Source: a virus
Taxonomy: Duplodnaviria > Caudoviricetes
Length of the DNA: 28,778 bases
Direction: 5' to 3' (one strand)
IMG/VR virus record: IMGVR_UViG_3300030104_003227
Span: 1-28,778 of that record
A model generated the notes under the pieces. That model searched no databases. It was given only the letters and a program-made list of their open reading frames with translations, and was not told where the DNA came from. Numbering within the stretch: the stretch's first letter is position 1; every line of letters starts with the position of its first letter. Positions 17,194 through 24,913 of the stretch are shown here, piece by piece. A program made the position numbers and the translations under genes.

Positions 17194-17195
17194 TG

Positions 17196-18080
17196 TTACT
17201 CTTCAGCTAAACGCTGGAAGTATGAAAGTGCTTCATCGCCTTCATCAGAAGAACCAATACTAGTGGCTACCTCTTCTTCGGGTCTTGGGGGCAATTCCTC
17301 AGATGCAACTTCTTCGTCAAATGCTTGACTTACAGTTGATTTTTTATTACCAAGGACATAATCAAACCTCTTTTTCAGTTCGTCATAAGTTTTGAACTGA
17401 GAGGCATCGGTAATCTCAGCGAGTGAGTATTCCTTCTTCCATACTTCTTCCAATGCTTTATCATCATCAAGAAGAGGAGATGCAGCAGCGAATTCAGAAC
17501 TATCATAGTTCCAGTATCCTGCTACTTTCTTGATCTTAACTTTGAAGTTAGCACCTTGCCAGAAGTCAAAAGGATTGATTGGAGATTCATCCTCAAACTC
17601 AGGTTGCATTGCTGCCATTATCTTATCAAAGATCTTCTTACCAAACTTATAAAGGAAAACTTTTCCTTCATTATCTGGGTTGGAAGGATCCTTCACAACA
17701 TAGATGTTAGTATAATATGATAACTTACGCTTTTGATTGCGAGCAATTTGCTTGTTAGCGTCAGAACCAGAATTCCATAATTCAGTATTGTATTCTGAAA
17801 CAGGATCTTTACCACCAACAGTGGTTAAAGAATTTTCAATATACCATCCACCTGGACCTTGAAATGCATGTGAATACAGTTTTGCCCAAGGAAGATCTTC
17901 CTTATCTGGTGCAGGAAGAAAACGAATAACTGCGTAACCGTTACCTGCTTTGTCAACCTCTGGTTTCCAAAGACGCTCATCGGCACCGTTACCTGTTTTA
18001 TTGGTCTTCTCGACTTCTTTAACAAGTTTTGCTGTTAGAGAACCGAGGGATGATTGCTTTTTAAGTGATGCAAAAGACAT
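17196..18080 (-). CDS. gp32: Single-stranded DNA-binding protein gp32
   Basis: DERLWKPEVDKAGNGYAVIRFLP, GGWYIENSLTT, KVFLYKFGKKIFDKI, acidic tail LSYFQRLAEE. Confidence 0.97.
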   Translation of the reverse strand: MSFASLKKQSSLGSLTAKLVKEVEKTNKTGNGADERLWKPEVDKAGNGYAVIRFLPAPDKEDLPWAKLYSHAFQGPGGWYIENSLTTVGGKDPVSEYNTELWNSGSDANKQIARNQKRKLSYYTNIYVVKDPSNPDNEGKVFLYKFGKKIFDKIMAAMQPEFEDESPINPFDFWQGANFKVKIKKVAGYWNYDSSEFAAASPLLDDDKALEEVWKKEYSLAEITDASQFKTYDELKKRFDYVLGNKKSTVSQAFDEEVASEELPPRPEEEVATSIGSSDEGDEALSYFQRLAEE

Positions 18081-18112
18081 AGATTTGGCTTTTTGTTAGA
18101 TTTGGCTTTTGT
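18080..18112 (-). repeat. Direct repeat in the gp32 leader
   Basis: ACAAAAGCCAAATCTA ACAAAAAGCCAAATCTA(TG): two copies, the second ending in the start codon. Confidence 0.8.
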
Positions 18113-18120
18113 ACTGGTCT

Positions 18121-18149
18121 ATTATAGGGCGACAGTGCTCCCATGTCAA
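18121..18149 (-). promoter_or_regulatory. Consensus sigma70 promoter for gp32
   Basis: TTGACA, 17 nt, TATAAT, an exact consensus. Confidence 0.92.
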
Positions 18150-18475
18150 CTAAAATTCTTGCGAAGGTTTATTAGAGTATCCTGCATGTTTTTGAACAAG
18201 AGATCAGGATTAACATCTTTAGGAAAACCTACTAATTGTGCAGATTGATGAATTTGATCCATCATATCCTTAGCACGAGGATCATCAGATAGTTTTAATC
18301 TCATATAAAAATTTCTTTGCTTCTCTAAAAGAACCTCTAATTGATCAACATGTTCCATCTTCTCTTTATGAGTCAATTTTTCAAATGCGAAAATCTTTGA
18401 ATAGATATCTTCTTGCATTTGATTGATCTCTTTTATAGAGTCTTGAACTTGCTCGGAGGCAAAGAAATCTGTCAT
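18146..18475 (-). CDS. DUF1825-like conserved cyanophage protein
   Basis: FFASEQVQ...LLEKQRNFYMRLKLSDDPRAKDM; usual position before gp32. Confidence 0.8.
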   Translation of the reverse strand: MTDFFASEQVQDSIKEINQMQEDIYSKIFAFEKLTHKEKMEHVDQLEVLLEKQRNFYMRLKLSDDPRAKDMMDQIHQSAQLVGFPKDVNPDLLFKNMQDTLINLRKNFS

Positions 18476-18483
18476 AATACTAG

Positions 18484-18491
18484 TATTTATA
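18484..18491 (-). promoter_or_regulatory. T4 late promoter
   Basis: TATAAATA overlapping the gp33 stop. Confidence 0.6.
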
Positions 18492-18741
18492 AGGGTAGTT
18501 TAGCACGAGTAGTCTTTTTCATAAAATTAAGATTAATAGCATCTGCCTTTAATTTCTCCTTTAGTGGTTTAGAAATTAATTTAGTAACAGAGTCAACTTC
18601 AATGCTATTTTTGTCACAAAATTGAACTATAGCATCGATATAATTTACTTTTTCTTCTAATACAATTTTCTCTACTTCAAGAGAAAATTTAGCAGCATTC
18701 ATGAATTTTTTATCTAATGCTTTGGTTAGTTCATTTTCCAT
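18487..18741 (-). CDS. gp33: Late transcription coactivator gp33
   Basis: FSLEVEKIV..NYIDAIVQFC...KLISKPLKEKLKADAINLNF..AKLPL. Confidence 0.93.
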   Translation of the reverse strand: MENELTKALDKKFMNAAKFSLEVEKIVLEEKVNYIDAIVQFCDKNSIEVDSVTKLISKPLKEKLKADAINLNFMKKTTRAKLPL

Positions 18742-19411
18742 TTAATTCTAATTGAAAGTCTAAAAAGTTTCTAATGTAATGTACAAGTAATTTCATATAT
18801 TTCTTCTTATTACGCTCTTCATATACTTTACAAGTTCCATCCTCACATGTCATTATTATAACAAGTTTTTTAGCAATTTTGCCAGTCTGTTCATAGTACA
18901 TAGCAGCATATGCCATTGCTTGAACAAAATAACCTTCAATCCATTTTCTTGGTTTAGGTGCTTTAGAAGTCTTAAAGTCAATAATTGCTAATTCACCATC
19001 ATGCTCTGCGATACAGTCAACTGTCCCTGCAACACCTAATTCTTTACTAAAGAGAGAACCTTCCAGTGCATGAATATTGTCAATTCGATTCAATTCTGGT
19101 TTTGCTATCTTAAAAAGAAAATCTGATATTGGTTGTACTTCTGGTAGAGTTTCTTCATTAAGAAGATAATGCTCTATCACAGTATGAGTATCAGTTCCAC
19201 GAGATGTTGCTTTCGCAGTAATTTCATTTGCTTTTTCCTCACCAACTTTTTTTCTCCAAGTAGCAAACTTTGCTCTATTGTAGAAAGAAGTTACTGAAGT
19301 GATAGAAACTAATTTTAGTAATTCGTCATTATCAGGAACTTGATAATATCGAACGCCATCAACATTTTCCCTCTCTAATGGAGGAAGAACAACAGGTACA
19401 TGATTAAACAT
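18731..19411 (-). CDS. PD-(D/E)XK exonuclease
   Basis: SITSV, RGTDTH, AGTVDCIAE, IIDFKTS, QAMAYA. Confidence 0.88.
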   Translation of the reverse strand: MFNHVPVVLPPLERENVDGVRYYQVPDNDELLKLVSITSVTSFYNRAKFATWRKKVGEEKANEITAKATSRGTDTHTVIEHYLLNEETLPEVQPISDFLFKIAKPELNRIDNIHALEGSLFSKELGVAGTVDCIAEHDGELAIIDFKTSKAPKPRKWIEGYFVQAMAYAAMYYEQTGKIAKKLVIIMTCEDGTCKVYEERNKKKYMKLLVHYIRNFLDFQLELNGK

Positions 19412-20184
19412 TACATATTAAGTGCTAATTTAGTCTTCAAATATTCCTTACAAAGTCCAGAACGAACAATGTCATCAACATCAAATTCAATCATAGAGAA
19501 AGATTCCATTTGCTCAAGGATTTTCATGAAATCAAGAATTCCATTCTTTTCATTCTGTTTTATAAGGTCAGTTTGTGCAGCGTCACCACAGAAATGAATT
19601 CTACAGTTTTCACCCACTCTTGTTATTATACTATCTAATTCATGAAAATTCAAGTTTTGGCATTCATCTATGATGATAATAGAATCATCAAATGTAGTTC
19701 CTCTAAGAAATGATGTAGACCAGAATGAGATAGTTTCTTGTTGTTTAAGATTGCCATACAACATTTCAAAGTCTTGATCTGTAGGCATCTTAAACATATA
19801 CTTTACCATATTCTTATAAGGAATCTGATAAAGGAATGATTTATCCTCATGATCACCTGGTAGGAAACCAATCTCTCTTGTAGAGACCAGACTACGAACG
19901 ATATAAACCTTGGTATAAGGTGTCATTTCATTCAATACATCCTTAAGAGCATTGTACAGAACAATAAAAGTTTTACCAGTCCCTGCTGCACCATAAGTAA
20001 AGATATTTTTACCTCTGGCATAATCATTAAAGAGTATTTCCTGATTAGGTGTTAGAGGTTTGATATCTACGAGAAGATCATTATTAATAGGTTTTTTTCT
20101 TCTCATTTGTTTGGCAGTCAAACCAGCACCAACTTTATTATCACGATGTTGACTATTAGTATTCCTTCTTTTTTTAGTTGTCAT
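19411..20184 (-). CDS. phoH: PhoH-like ATPase
   Basis: GAAGTGKT, EIGFLPG, FLRGTTF, IIDECQN, CGDAAQTDL, DIVRSGL. Confidence 0.96.
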   Translation of the reverse strand: MTTKKRRNTNSQHRDNKVGAGLTAKQMRRKKPINNDLLVDIKPLTPNQEILFNDYARGKNIFTYGAAGTGKTFIVLYNALKDVLNEMTPYTKVYIVRSLVSTREIGFLPGDHEDKSFLYQIPYKNMVKYMFKMPTDQDFEMLYGNLKQQETISFWSTSFLRGTTFDDSIIIIDECQNLNFHELDSIITRVGENCRIHFCGDAAQTDLIKQNEKNGILDFMKILEQMESFSMIEFDVDDIVRSGLCKEYLKTKLALNM

Positions 20185-20185
20185 A

Positions 20186-20440
20186 TTAGTCGAGTGTTAG
20201 TTTTTGACGATTTTGACCTGTTTTTTGTGCTCTCCCTAGGATCTCATTCCAACCAGGTTTATTTTTTCTAAGTTTATCTTTCCACTCGCCGACCTCTCCT
20301 ACACCAGGCATTGTTGATGGATCAGAATAGTCTCTTTGCCAGTCTGGATTGTCTTCTGTCCATTTAGTCCAGTCATGAACACTCATCACAACTTCTTTTT
20401 GTTCTCCAGTTTCTTTGTTAATTACAGGATAGGTAGCCAT
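20186..20440 (-). CDS. Conserved hypothetical protein (Cys-less FmdB-like)
   Basis: MATYPVINKETGE...NPDW...GWNEIL; usual position upstream of phoH; CTAAATA at 20461-20467. Confidence 0.7.
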   Translation of the reverse strand: MATYPVINKETGEQKEVVMSVHDWTKWTEDNPDWQRDYSDPSTMPGVGEVGEWKDKLRKNKPGWNEILGRAQKTGQNRQKLTLD

Positions 20441-20463
20441 AAAAGTTTACATGGGATAGTTAT

Positions 20464-21114
20464 TTAGAGTATGACAAGATTGTCATCATCCACATGAATG
20501 AGATTCTTGTATGTCACTAGATCAAAGGCAATACTGATTCTAGGGATATCAGATTCATGAACAGATGTATAATGTGTCAAATAATTGGGAAACAATGTAA
20601 TTTCACCAGGTTTATTCTCTACAGGATAATCTTCTTGAGTATATGGATGTGTATATGAAGTTGATGTATTGTCGGCAGTTACGCAAAAGTGTCCACCAAG
20701 ATAAGAATGTGGATGTGTAGAATGTGTATGCTTTTGGATCTGTTGACCTTTACGCATCACATTTGCCCAACATCTAATTTTTAAGGGTGGTGGTTCAGTA
20801 CCAATTACTTGAGCAAAATACTCATCATGAAAAATACGAATTTCTTGATGTAATTGTACTATATCAACTTCCTGCCATTTTAGCACATTAAAGTGTTTAA
20901 ATCTAGCAGTTAAACTATCTGCACCTAATCCAGTATTGCCATCATCATCTCCAGAGTATTTTTCTATTATTTCTTTCTCTTTCTGTAAAATTATCTTAGC
21001 AATATTTTCTGTATTAATAATAATTGATTTAATCGCAATACTATAATCCCAAACTGGAGCAAAGGGGGTTTCTGGAGACTCACTAACAAAACGAATTCCT
21101 TTTGTCATGACCAA
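20464..21114 (-). CDS. 2OG-Fe(II) oxygenase
   Basis: CWANVMRKG, HTH, LGGHF, LFPNYLTHYT, RISIAFD. Confidence 0.85.
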   Translation of the reverse strand: MVMTKGIRFVSESPETPFAPVWDYSIAIKSIIINTENIAKIILQKEKEIIEKYSGDDDGNTGLGADSLTARFKHFNVLKWQEVDIVQLHQEIRIFHDEYFAQVIGTEPPPLKIRCWANVMRKGQQIQKHTHSTHPHSYLGGHFCVTADNTSTSYTHPYTQEDYPVENKPGEITLFPNYLTHYTSVHESDIPRISIAFDLVTYKNLIHVDDDNLVIL

Positions 21115-21737
21115 TTCAATGCCTTAGCAACAATAGGAAATTCTTGAGAAAATATACCTTTTATCTCATTTGCAATATCCATATGTTCCTTTTGTGTGCC
21201 ATGACCACTTCTAAGGTCTATGTAATGCACCCAAGAGCGACAGGAACCTGTCATATAGAGTTTTGTAGGGGTTGCTAAGGGTAACACAAAACGAGCACAC
21301 TCCTTGGCAACTCCTTGGCGAATTAGTTCGTTGTATAAATCTCTTGCTGCTGCGAAATGTAATGCTATTTCCTTCTGCAAAAAATCAACTTGTTTAGTTG
21401 GTACATCATCAATAGAATTTTGTCTATTTTTAATATCTTGTCTACGAAGTTCTGGTAAAGGTATATGACCTAAGTGATTAGTATTAGCATACCTTTGACT
21501 AAATTCTTGAAAGGTAAAAGATCTATGACGCAAAATTTGAGCAGCAAGACCCCTTGTTGTTTCAATTTCTACCGTCATAAATGCTTGCTCAAAGACCGAC
21601 CAATGACCGTGCTTTATGCAATATTTTAATAATCCATCGACCTCTGGGTTGTCTTGATTTTTTGGATTGCTTACTCTCGCTATGTACCCCATCAATTTCT
21701 CGGCATCTGGGGTCGTCTGGATTAATTTTACATTCAT
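21105..21737 (-). CDS. thyX: Flavin-dependent thymidylate synthase
   Basis: HWSVFEQ, QILRHRSFTFQEFSQRY (RHRx7S), KECARFVLP, QKEH. Confidence 0.97.
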   Translation of the reverse strand: MNVKLIQTTPDAEKLMGYIARVSNPKNQDNPEVDGLLKYCIKHGHWSVFEQAFMTVEIETTRGLAAQILRHRSFTFQEFSQRYANTNHLGHIPLPELRRQDIKNRQNSIDDVPTKQVDFLQKEIALHFAAARDLYNELIRQGVAKECARFVLPLATPTKLYMTGSCRSWVHYIDLRSGHGTQKEHMDIANEIKGIFSQEFPIVAKALNWS

Positions 21738-21849
21738 GCTCTAATTGTTTTCTCATCATTTTAGCATACTTTACCTCTTCTGGTGTATACCAGTTTCGAT
21801 GGTGTTTTGCTCTTTTAATCAGTTTTTTCGCTGCCTTCTTGTCTTTCAT
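21589..21849 (-). CDS. Small basic hypothetical protein
   Basis: MKDKKAAKKLIKRAK...WYTPEEVKYAK; 3' part overlaps thyX by about 150 nt in another frame. Confidence 0.55.
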   Translation of the reverse strand: MKDKKAAKKLIKRAKHHRNWYTPEEVKYAKMMRKQLEHECKINPDDPRCREIDGVHSESKQSKKSRQPRGRWIIKILHKARSLVGL

Positions 21850-22009
21850 GTTTTCCGTAGTACGCATTAAAATACGATACTAATCCGCTAGTGGTTGTTT
21901 GCTTGGAACACCAATCGTCAGCACACTCATAAATCGCACGATTTGTATGAGTATCGCCAAAATACATAAGCAGCAATTTGAGAGTTTGTTCTCTAATCTG
22001 CGTATCCAT
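21815..22009 (-). CDS. Hypothetical protein
   Basis: MDTQIREQTLK...NRAIYECADDW; short overlaps with both neighbours. Confidence 0.6.
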   Translation of the reverse strand: MDTQIREQTLKLLLMYFGDTHTNRAIYECADDWCSKQTTTSGLVSYFNAYYGKHERQEGSEKTD

Positions 22010-22226
22010 CGTCATCATCGTAGAGTTCATAATCTTGTGATTTTGTGGTTCTTGCTACAGTGGAATATGCATCCTCTGCTTGTGATGAACCGTACATGTC
22101 AAATCTATCAGCATTCATTTCATCAGCTTTAGCATATGCTTCTTTATCAGAGTATACTTCAGCCTCTAGTTCTGATAGAACTTGTTTTAGCATTAATACC
22201 ATGCCTTTTAAAACTTGGCGATCCAT
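21993..22226 (-). CDS. Acidic hypothetical protein
   Basis: MDRQVLK...LEAEVYSD...DDDDGYAD. Confidence 0.7.
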   Translation of the reverse strand: MDRQVLKGMVLMLKQVLSELEAEVYSDKEAYAKADEMNADRFDMYGSSQAEDAYSTVARTTKSQDYELYDDDDGYAD

Positions 22227-22245
22227 AGCTTTTAATATAATTTAT

Positions 22246-22273
22246 AAAAAAGAGGGTGTAATAACCCTCTTTT
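22246..22273 (-). terminator. Rho-independent terminator after DUF4278 gene (possibly bidirectional)
   Basis: AAAAGAGGGT-TATTAC-ACCCTCTTTTTT. Confidence 0.8.
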
Positions 22274-22287
22274 AGTGTCAATTGAAG

Positions 22288-22431
22288 TTAACTCTTAGAA
22301 GCAAACTTCCTAGCAACTTTGATGCCACGATACATTAGATCGTAGTTTCTCCGTTGTTGATCTTCTTCGAGTATCTTTTTTGTATACTCTTCGGTGTCAT
22401 ACTCGACACCACGATAAGTGACTTTTGCCAT
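22288..22431 (-). CDS. DUF4278 family small protein (47 aa)
   Basis: MAKVTYRGVEYD...LMYRGIKV with two YRG motifs; AGGAG RBS 7 nt upstream; start corrected to 22431. Confidence 0.85.
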   Translation of the reverse strand: MAKVTYRGVEYDTEEYTKKILEEDQQRRNYDLMYRGIKVARKFASKS

Positions 22432-22462
22432 TTGGTTTCTCCTGTTGGTTGGGATTTTACTC

Positions 22463-22660
22463 CGTTCCTTCAGTCGGCTTTTGCGTCCTCTGAAAAACAA
22501 TCTGGATCTGTGTGTGCAACAATAACCTCTATTACTTCCAATCTCTCGGTTGTATTAGGATGATCGGCAACAGAGTCTAATAGTTCAGCAGTATGCTCAC
22601 AACTAAGTGGAGCACCGATAGCTATTAGACTAAGCAGAATGTGGTACATAAGGATGAACG
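22463..22660 (-). ncRNA. Glutamine-riboswitch-like aptamer 2 (split; P2 loop contains an ORF)
   Basis: 5' strand CGTTCATCCT (22660-22651) and 3' part AGGACGCAAAAGCCGACTGAAGGAACG (22489-22463), separated by about 160 nt. Confidence 0.65.
22470..22649 (-). CDS. 59-aa protein with hydrophobic N-terminus, embedded in riboswitch-like RNA
   Basis: Not in track. MYHILLSLIAIGAPLSCEHTAELLDSVADHPNTTERLEVIEVIVAHTDPDCFSEDAKAD*; two Cys. Confidence 0.65.
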   Translation of the reverse strand: MYHILLSLIAIGAPLSCEHTAELLDSVADHPNTTERLEVIEVIVAHTDPDCFSEDAKAD

Positions 22661-22665
22661 AACCC

Positions 22666-22708
22666 CGTTCCGAGTCGGCTTACTTGCGTCCCCCAAGGGG
22701 GATGAACG
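22666..22708 (-). ncRNA. Glutamine-riboswitch-like aptamer 1 (glnA / Downstream-peptide class)
   Basis: CGTTCA TCCCC-CTTG-GGGGA CGCAAGTAAGCCGACTCG GAACG: P1 CGTTC/GAACG, P2 hairpin; upstream of a DUF4278 gene. Confidence 0.75.
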
Positions 22709-22755
22709 CTGTATGTTAATATTAACACACTTTAAGTATATATGCAACCAGTTTG

Positions 22756-22769
22756 GTAATGTAGGATAC
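22756..22769. promoter_or_regulatory. NtcA binding site
   Basis: Exact GTA-N8-TAC (minus strand tGTATCCTACATTAC); TATACT begins 15 nt and TAAAGT 21 nt downstream, ahead of the aptamers. Confidence 0.7.
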
Positions 22770-22773
22770 AGTT

Positions 22774-22941
22774 TTATAAAGGTTTAATATTCTCTCTTGA
22801 TTCTTTAAGCATTTTATATGCGTGATTATTATATTTTGCTAATTTCTCTGCCCAGATCATGTCATCCAGTGTAACTGTTCTTCCATTTACGATTTCAACG
22901 CAAATGTCGATGAGTTTCATTCTTTGTTTTGCTGAAAGCAT
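22774..22941 (-). CDS. Short paralog of the LDDMIWAEKL-family protein
   Basis: MLSAKQRMKLIDICVEIVNGRTVTLDDMIWAEKLAKYN aligns with the N-terminus of 14625-14924. Confidence 0.7.
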   Translation of the reverse strand: MLSAKQRMKLIDICVEIVNGRTVTLDDMIWAEKLAKYNNHAYKMLKESRENIKPL

Positions 22942-22988
22942 TTTTGAAATCCTGTGGCACAAAAAATTTGCGGAGATTTTTTTCCCGA

Positions 22989-23756
22989 TTATCTGAAAAA
23001 AGAGTTCGGTTTTCCCTCAGGGATGCATTCCAAAACCTTTTCTCTTGGGAACCAACCCAACTCACGCAGGGCAGTAGTATCGGCACATGTTATGTCTCTT
23101 TCGCCTGGTGTATGTTCTTTGATAGGTAGATTAGCATAACCAAATGCCTCTGCCAATTCTTTAACAGTTATAGTCTCACCTGTTCCCACATCAATGTGTC
23201 CAGTATATGTACTAGACATCAGATAACAAATTGCTCTAGCGACATCCTTAACATGAATCCAATCTCTTTTATGATTGGTAATATATTTAACATTATTGTC
23301 CTGCAACATTCTGAATAGCATATCAGATCTACTATTCTCACCATAGACAGTTTGGAATCTCATCCCAACACTATTGGGTGGTGCTTGTAATTCATTGACC
23401 TTCTTGGTAATACCATAAGGATTTTGCCACCACTCCTCTACCTGTGCTGAACTAGCATAGAGTAGTCTGACATTATATTTCCTACAATATTCAAAGATAG
23501 GTTTAGATTTCTCTACATTATTCTCCCAGAATACATCAGGGTTATCTAAACTGCCTCTGATATTAGCAAATGCTGCGAGATGTATGACATAATCATACGG
23601 TTTATCGAACATACCAATTTCAGACTGAAAATCCCCAACATCATCGGGGAAATCCATACCATCAACTAGGTATCCATAACCTGCATCATGTCTAAGGTGG
23701 TCAAAGACATAACTGCCAATGAATCCCTTATGACCTGTAACTAATATTTTTGTCAT
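22989..23756 (-). CDS. NAD-dependent nucleotide-sugar epimerase/dehydratase (WcaG-like)
   Basis: ILVTGHKGFIG, VIHLAA, YASSA, YGITK (YxxxK), RFQTVYG, RDWIHVKDV. Confidence 0.92.
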   Translation of the reverse strand: MTKILVTGHKGFIGSYVFDHLRHDAGYGYLVDGMDFPDDVGDFQSEIGMFDKPYDYVIHLAAFANIRGSLDNPDVFWENNVEKSKPIFEYCRKYNVRLLYASSAQVEEWWQNPYGITKKVNELQAPPNSVGMRFQTVYGENSRSDMLFRMLQDNNVKYITNHKRDWIHVKDVARAICYLMSSTYTGHIDVGTGETITVKELAEAFGYANLPIKEHTPGERDITCADTTALRELGWFPREKVLECIPEGKPNSFFR

Positions 23757-24205
23757 CTAACACGATTTCCCCATTCAACATCAGGATATGCTTCCTTGAC
23801 TGTGTTGTGGGTTATCCTGTATTTCTTCTTAAGATCTTTATCTTTGACTAAGCAAATAATTTCTGCCTCATCAGGGTGTAATGACTCCAACAACTCTATA
23901 AAGAGAGACTCTCTTCTAGTTCTTTTAAGTCCATCGTTTCCACCCTTAACATAATTGTAAAGAGTCCTGTACTGACTAGAAAGTTTACTCTGAGCGTCTA
24001 CAGTTGGTGCATCATTTGGTTTGTAAGGCACCTCTCCCTCTGGTAGCATACTTTCAATGCTATCATCAAAATTCCAAACAAACAATGATACTAATGCTGG
24101 TGATCTATAATCTTGAAGGATTTTAATCTTCTCCTTCTTTGTTTTAGCACTGTGTACTGCTTGTAAGATTTCAGATTGTAATGGTTTTGGTGGTAATTTA
24201 GCCAT
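23753..24205 (-). CDS. Conserved T4-like hypothetical protein (DUF6433-like)
   Basis: LPEGEVPY, RRESLFIELLESLHPDEAEII..KDK. Confidence 0.75.
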   Translation of the reverse strand: MAKLPPKPLQSEILQAVHSAKTKKEKIKILQDYRSPALVSLFVWNFDDSIESMLPEGEVPYKPNDAPTVDAQSKLSSQYRTLYNYVKGGNDGLKRTRRESLFIELLESLHPDEAEIICLVKDKDLKKKYRITHNTVKEAYPDVEWGNRVR

Positions 24206-24219
24206 AATAATTTCAAGGT

Positions 24220-24462
24220 TTACTTCTCTTCTGGTTCAGCGTCATCATCTTCAGTTATTGTTGGATCATATCTGAATGATATTAAATCACTCAAGTTATA
24301 GTTTCCATTTTCATCAAACATCTCAGGATGCATTGTAGGTTGAACTGGTTGCTTATCATGATGATACATCATGTATTCTCTTAGTACCCATCCTAGCATA
24401 GAACCGACTAAAAGTGAACCCACTATAAGAAATGATGCAATAGCGATGGTTAATGCTATCAT
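24220..24462 (-). CDS. Small membrane protein
   Basis: N-terminal TM helix, then HPEMFDENG motif. Confidence 0.7.
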   Translation of the reverse strand: MIALTIAIASFLIVGSLLVGSMLGWVLREYMMYHHDKQPVQPTMHPEMFDENGNYNLSDLISFRYDPTITEDDDAEPEEK

Positions 24463-24662
24463 TTTTCTACCTCCTCAGGAATATCTTTTTTTATGTCCAG
24501 AGATAATTCAAGATTAAAATGCAGTTCTCTATTAAAGAAACGAAGCATGTTACTAAAATTATACTGAAATGATTTTGGTTTAGGTGGTTTCTTGCCTCCC
24601 CCAAGCATAATTCCTACGCCTCTATTTAGTGGAATTTCTGATAGGTCGTTTTGCTTAGACAA
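24459..24662 (-). CDS. Hypothetical protein
   Basis: LNRGVGIML...PKPK..F; coupled to both neighbours. Confidence 0.65.
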   Translation of the reverse strand: MSKQNDLSEIPLNRGVGIMLGGGKKPPKPKSFQYNFSNMLRFFNRELHFNLELSLDIKKDIPEEVEK

Positions 24663-24891
24663 GTTGTTTCTCCTTGAAGTATTTCACAGTTTCTTTTGCA
24701 CCTCCTATAAGTTCGGCAGGTGCTGCAACAACTTGTGGAAAATATTTTGTTTTGAATTGAGATTCAAATTGGTCTATATCAAAATCTCTATCTAAAGTAT
24801 AAATTACATGTTCTTGTTTGGCAAGTAACATTAAGTCTTTAACGAGTTCACAATGCTTACAACCATCCATTGAGTAGATTATGAAGGACAT
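24655..24891 (-). CDS. Glutaredoxin (NrdC-like)
   Basis: IYSMDGCKHC (CxxC), FPQV, IGG..ET; start corrected to 24891. Confidence 0.88.
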   Translation of the reverse strand: MSFIIYSMDGCKHCELVKDLMLLAKQEHVIYTLDRDFDIDQFESQFKTKYFPQVVAAPAELIGGAKETVKYFKEKQLV

Positions 24892-24913
24892 TAAATTGAT
24901 ACCCCTAAAAATA

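Noticed and set aside
17825-18025. Same-strand alternate-frame ORF inside gp32
   Set aside because: No RBS or recognisable motif; its KQVTV repeat just reflects a short repeat within gp32 coding DNA.
18731-19411. Possible Cas4 or CRISPR association
   Set aside because: It lacks the four-Cys Fe-S pattern, no repeat-spacer array is visible, and it is the standard T4-like exonuclease next to phoH.
21589-21737. 149-nt same-strand overlap of an upstream ORF with thyX as dual coding
   Set aside because: It is most simply a lost stop codon giving a non-conserved tail; no frameshift signal seen.
22431-22500. Longer DUF4278 start given in the track
   Set aside because: It is a TTG inside the aptamer region; the ATG at 22431 has a clear AGGAG RBS.
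23756-23800. wcaG RNA motif upstream of the epimerase
   Set aside because: There is no intergenic space; the gene is ATGA-type coupled to the upstream CDS.
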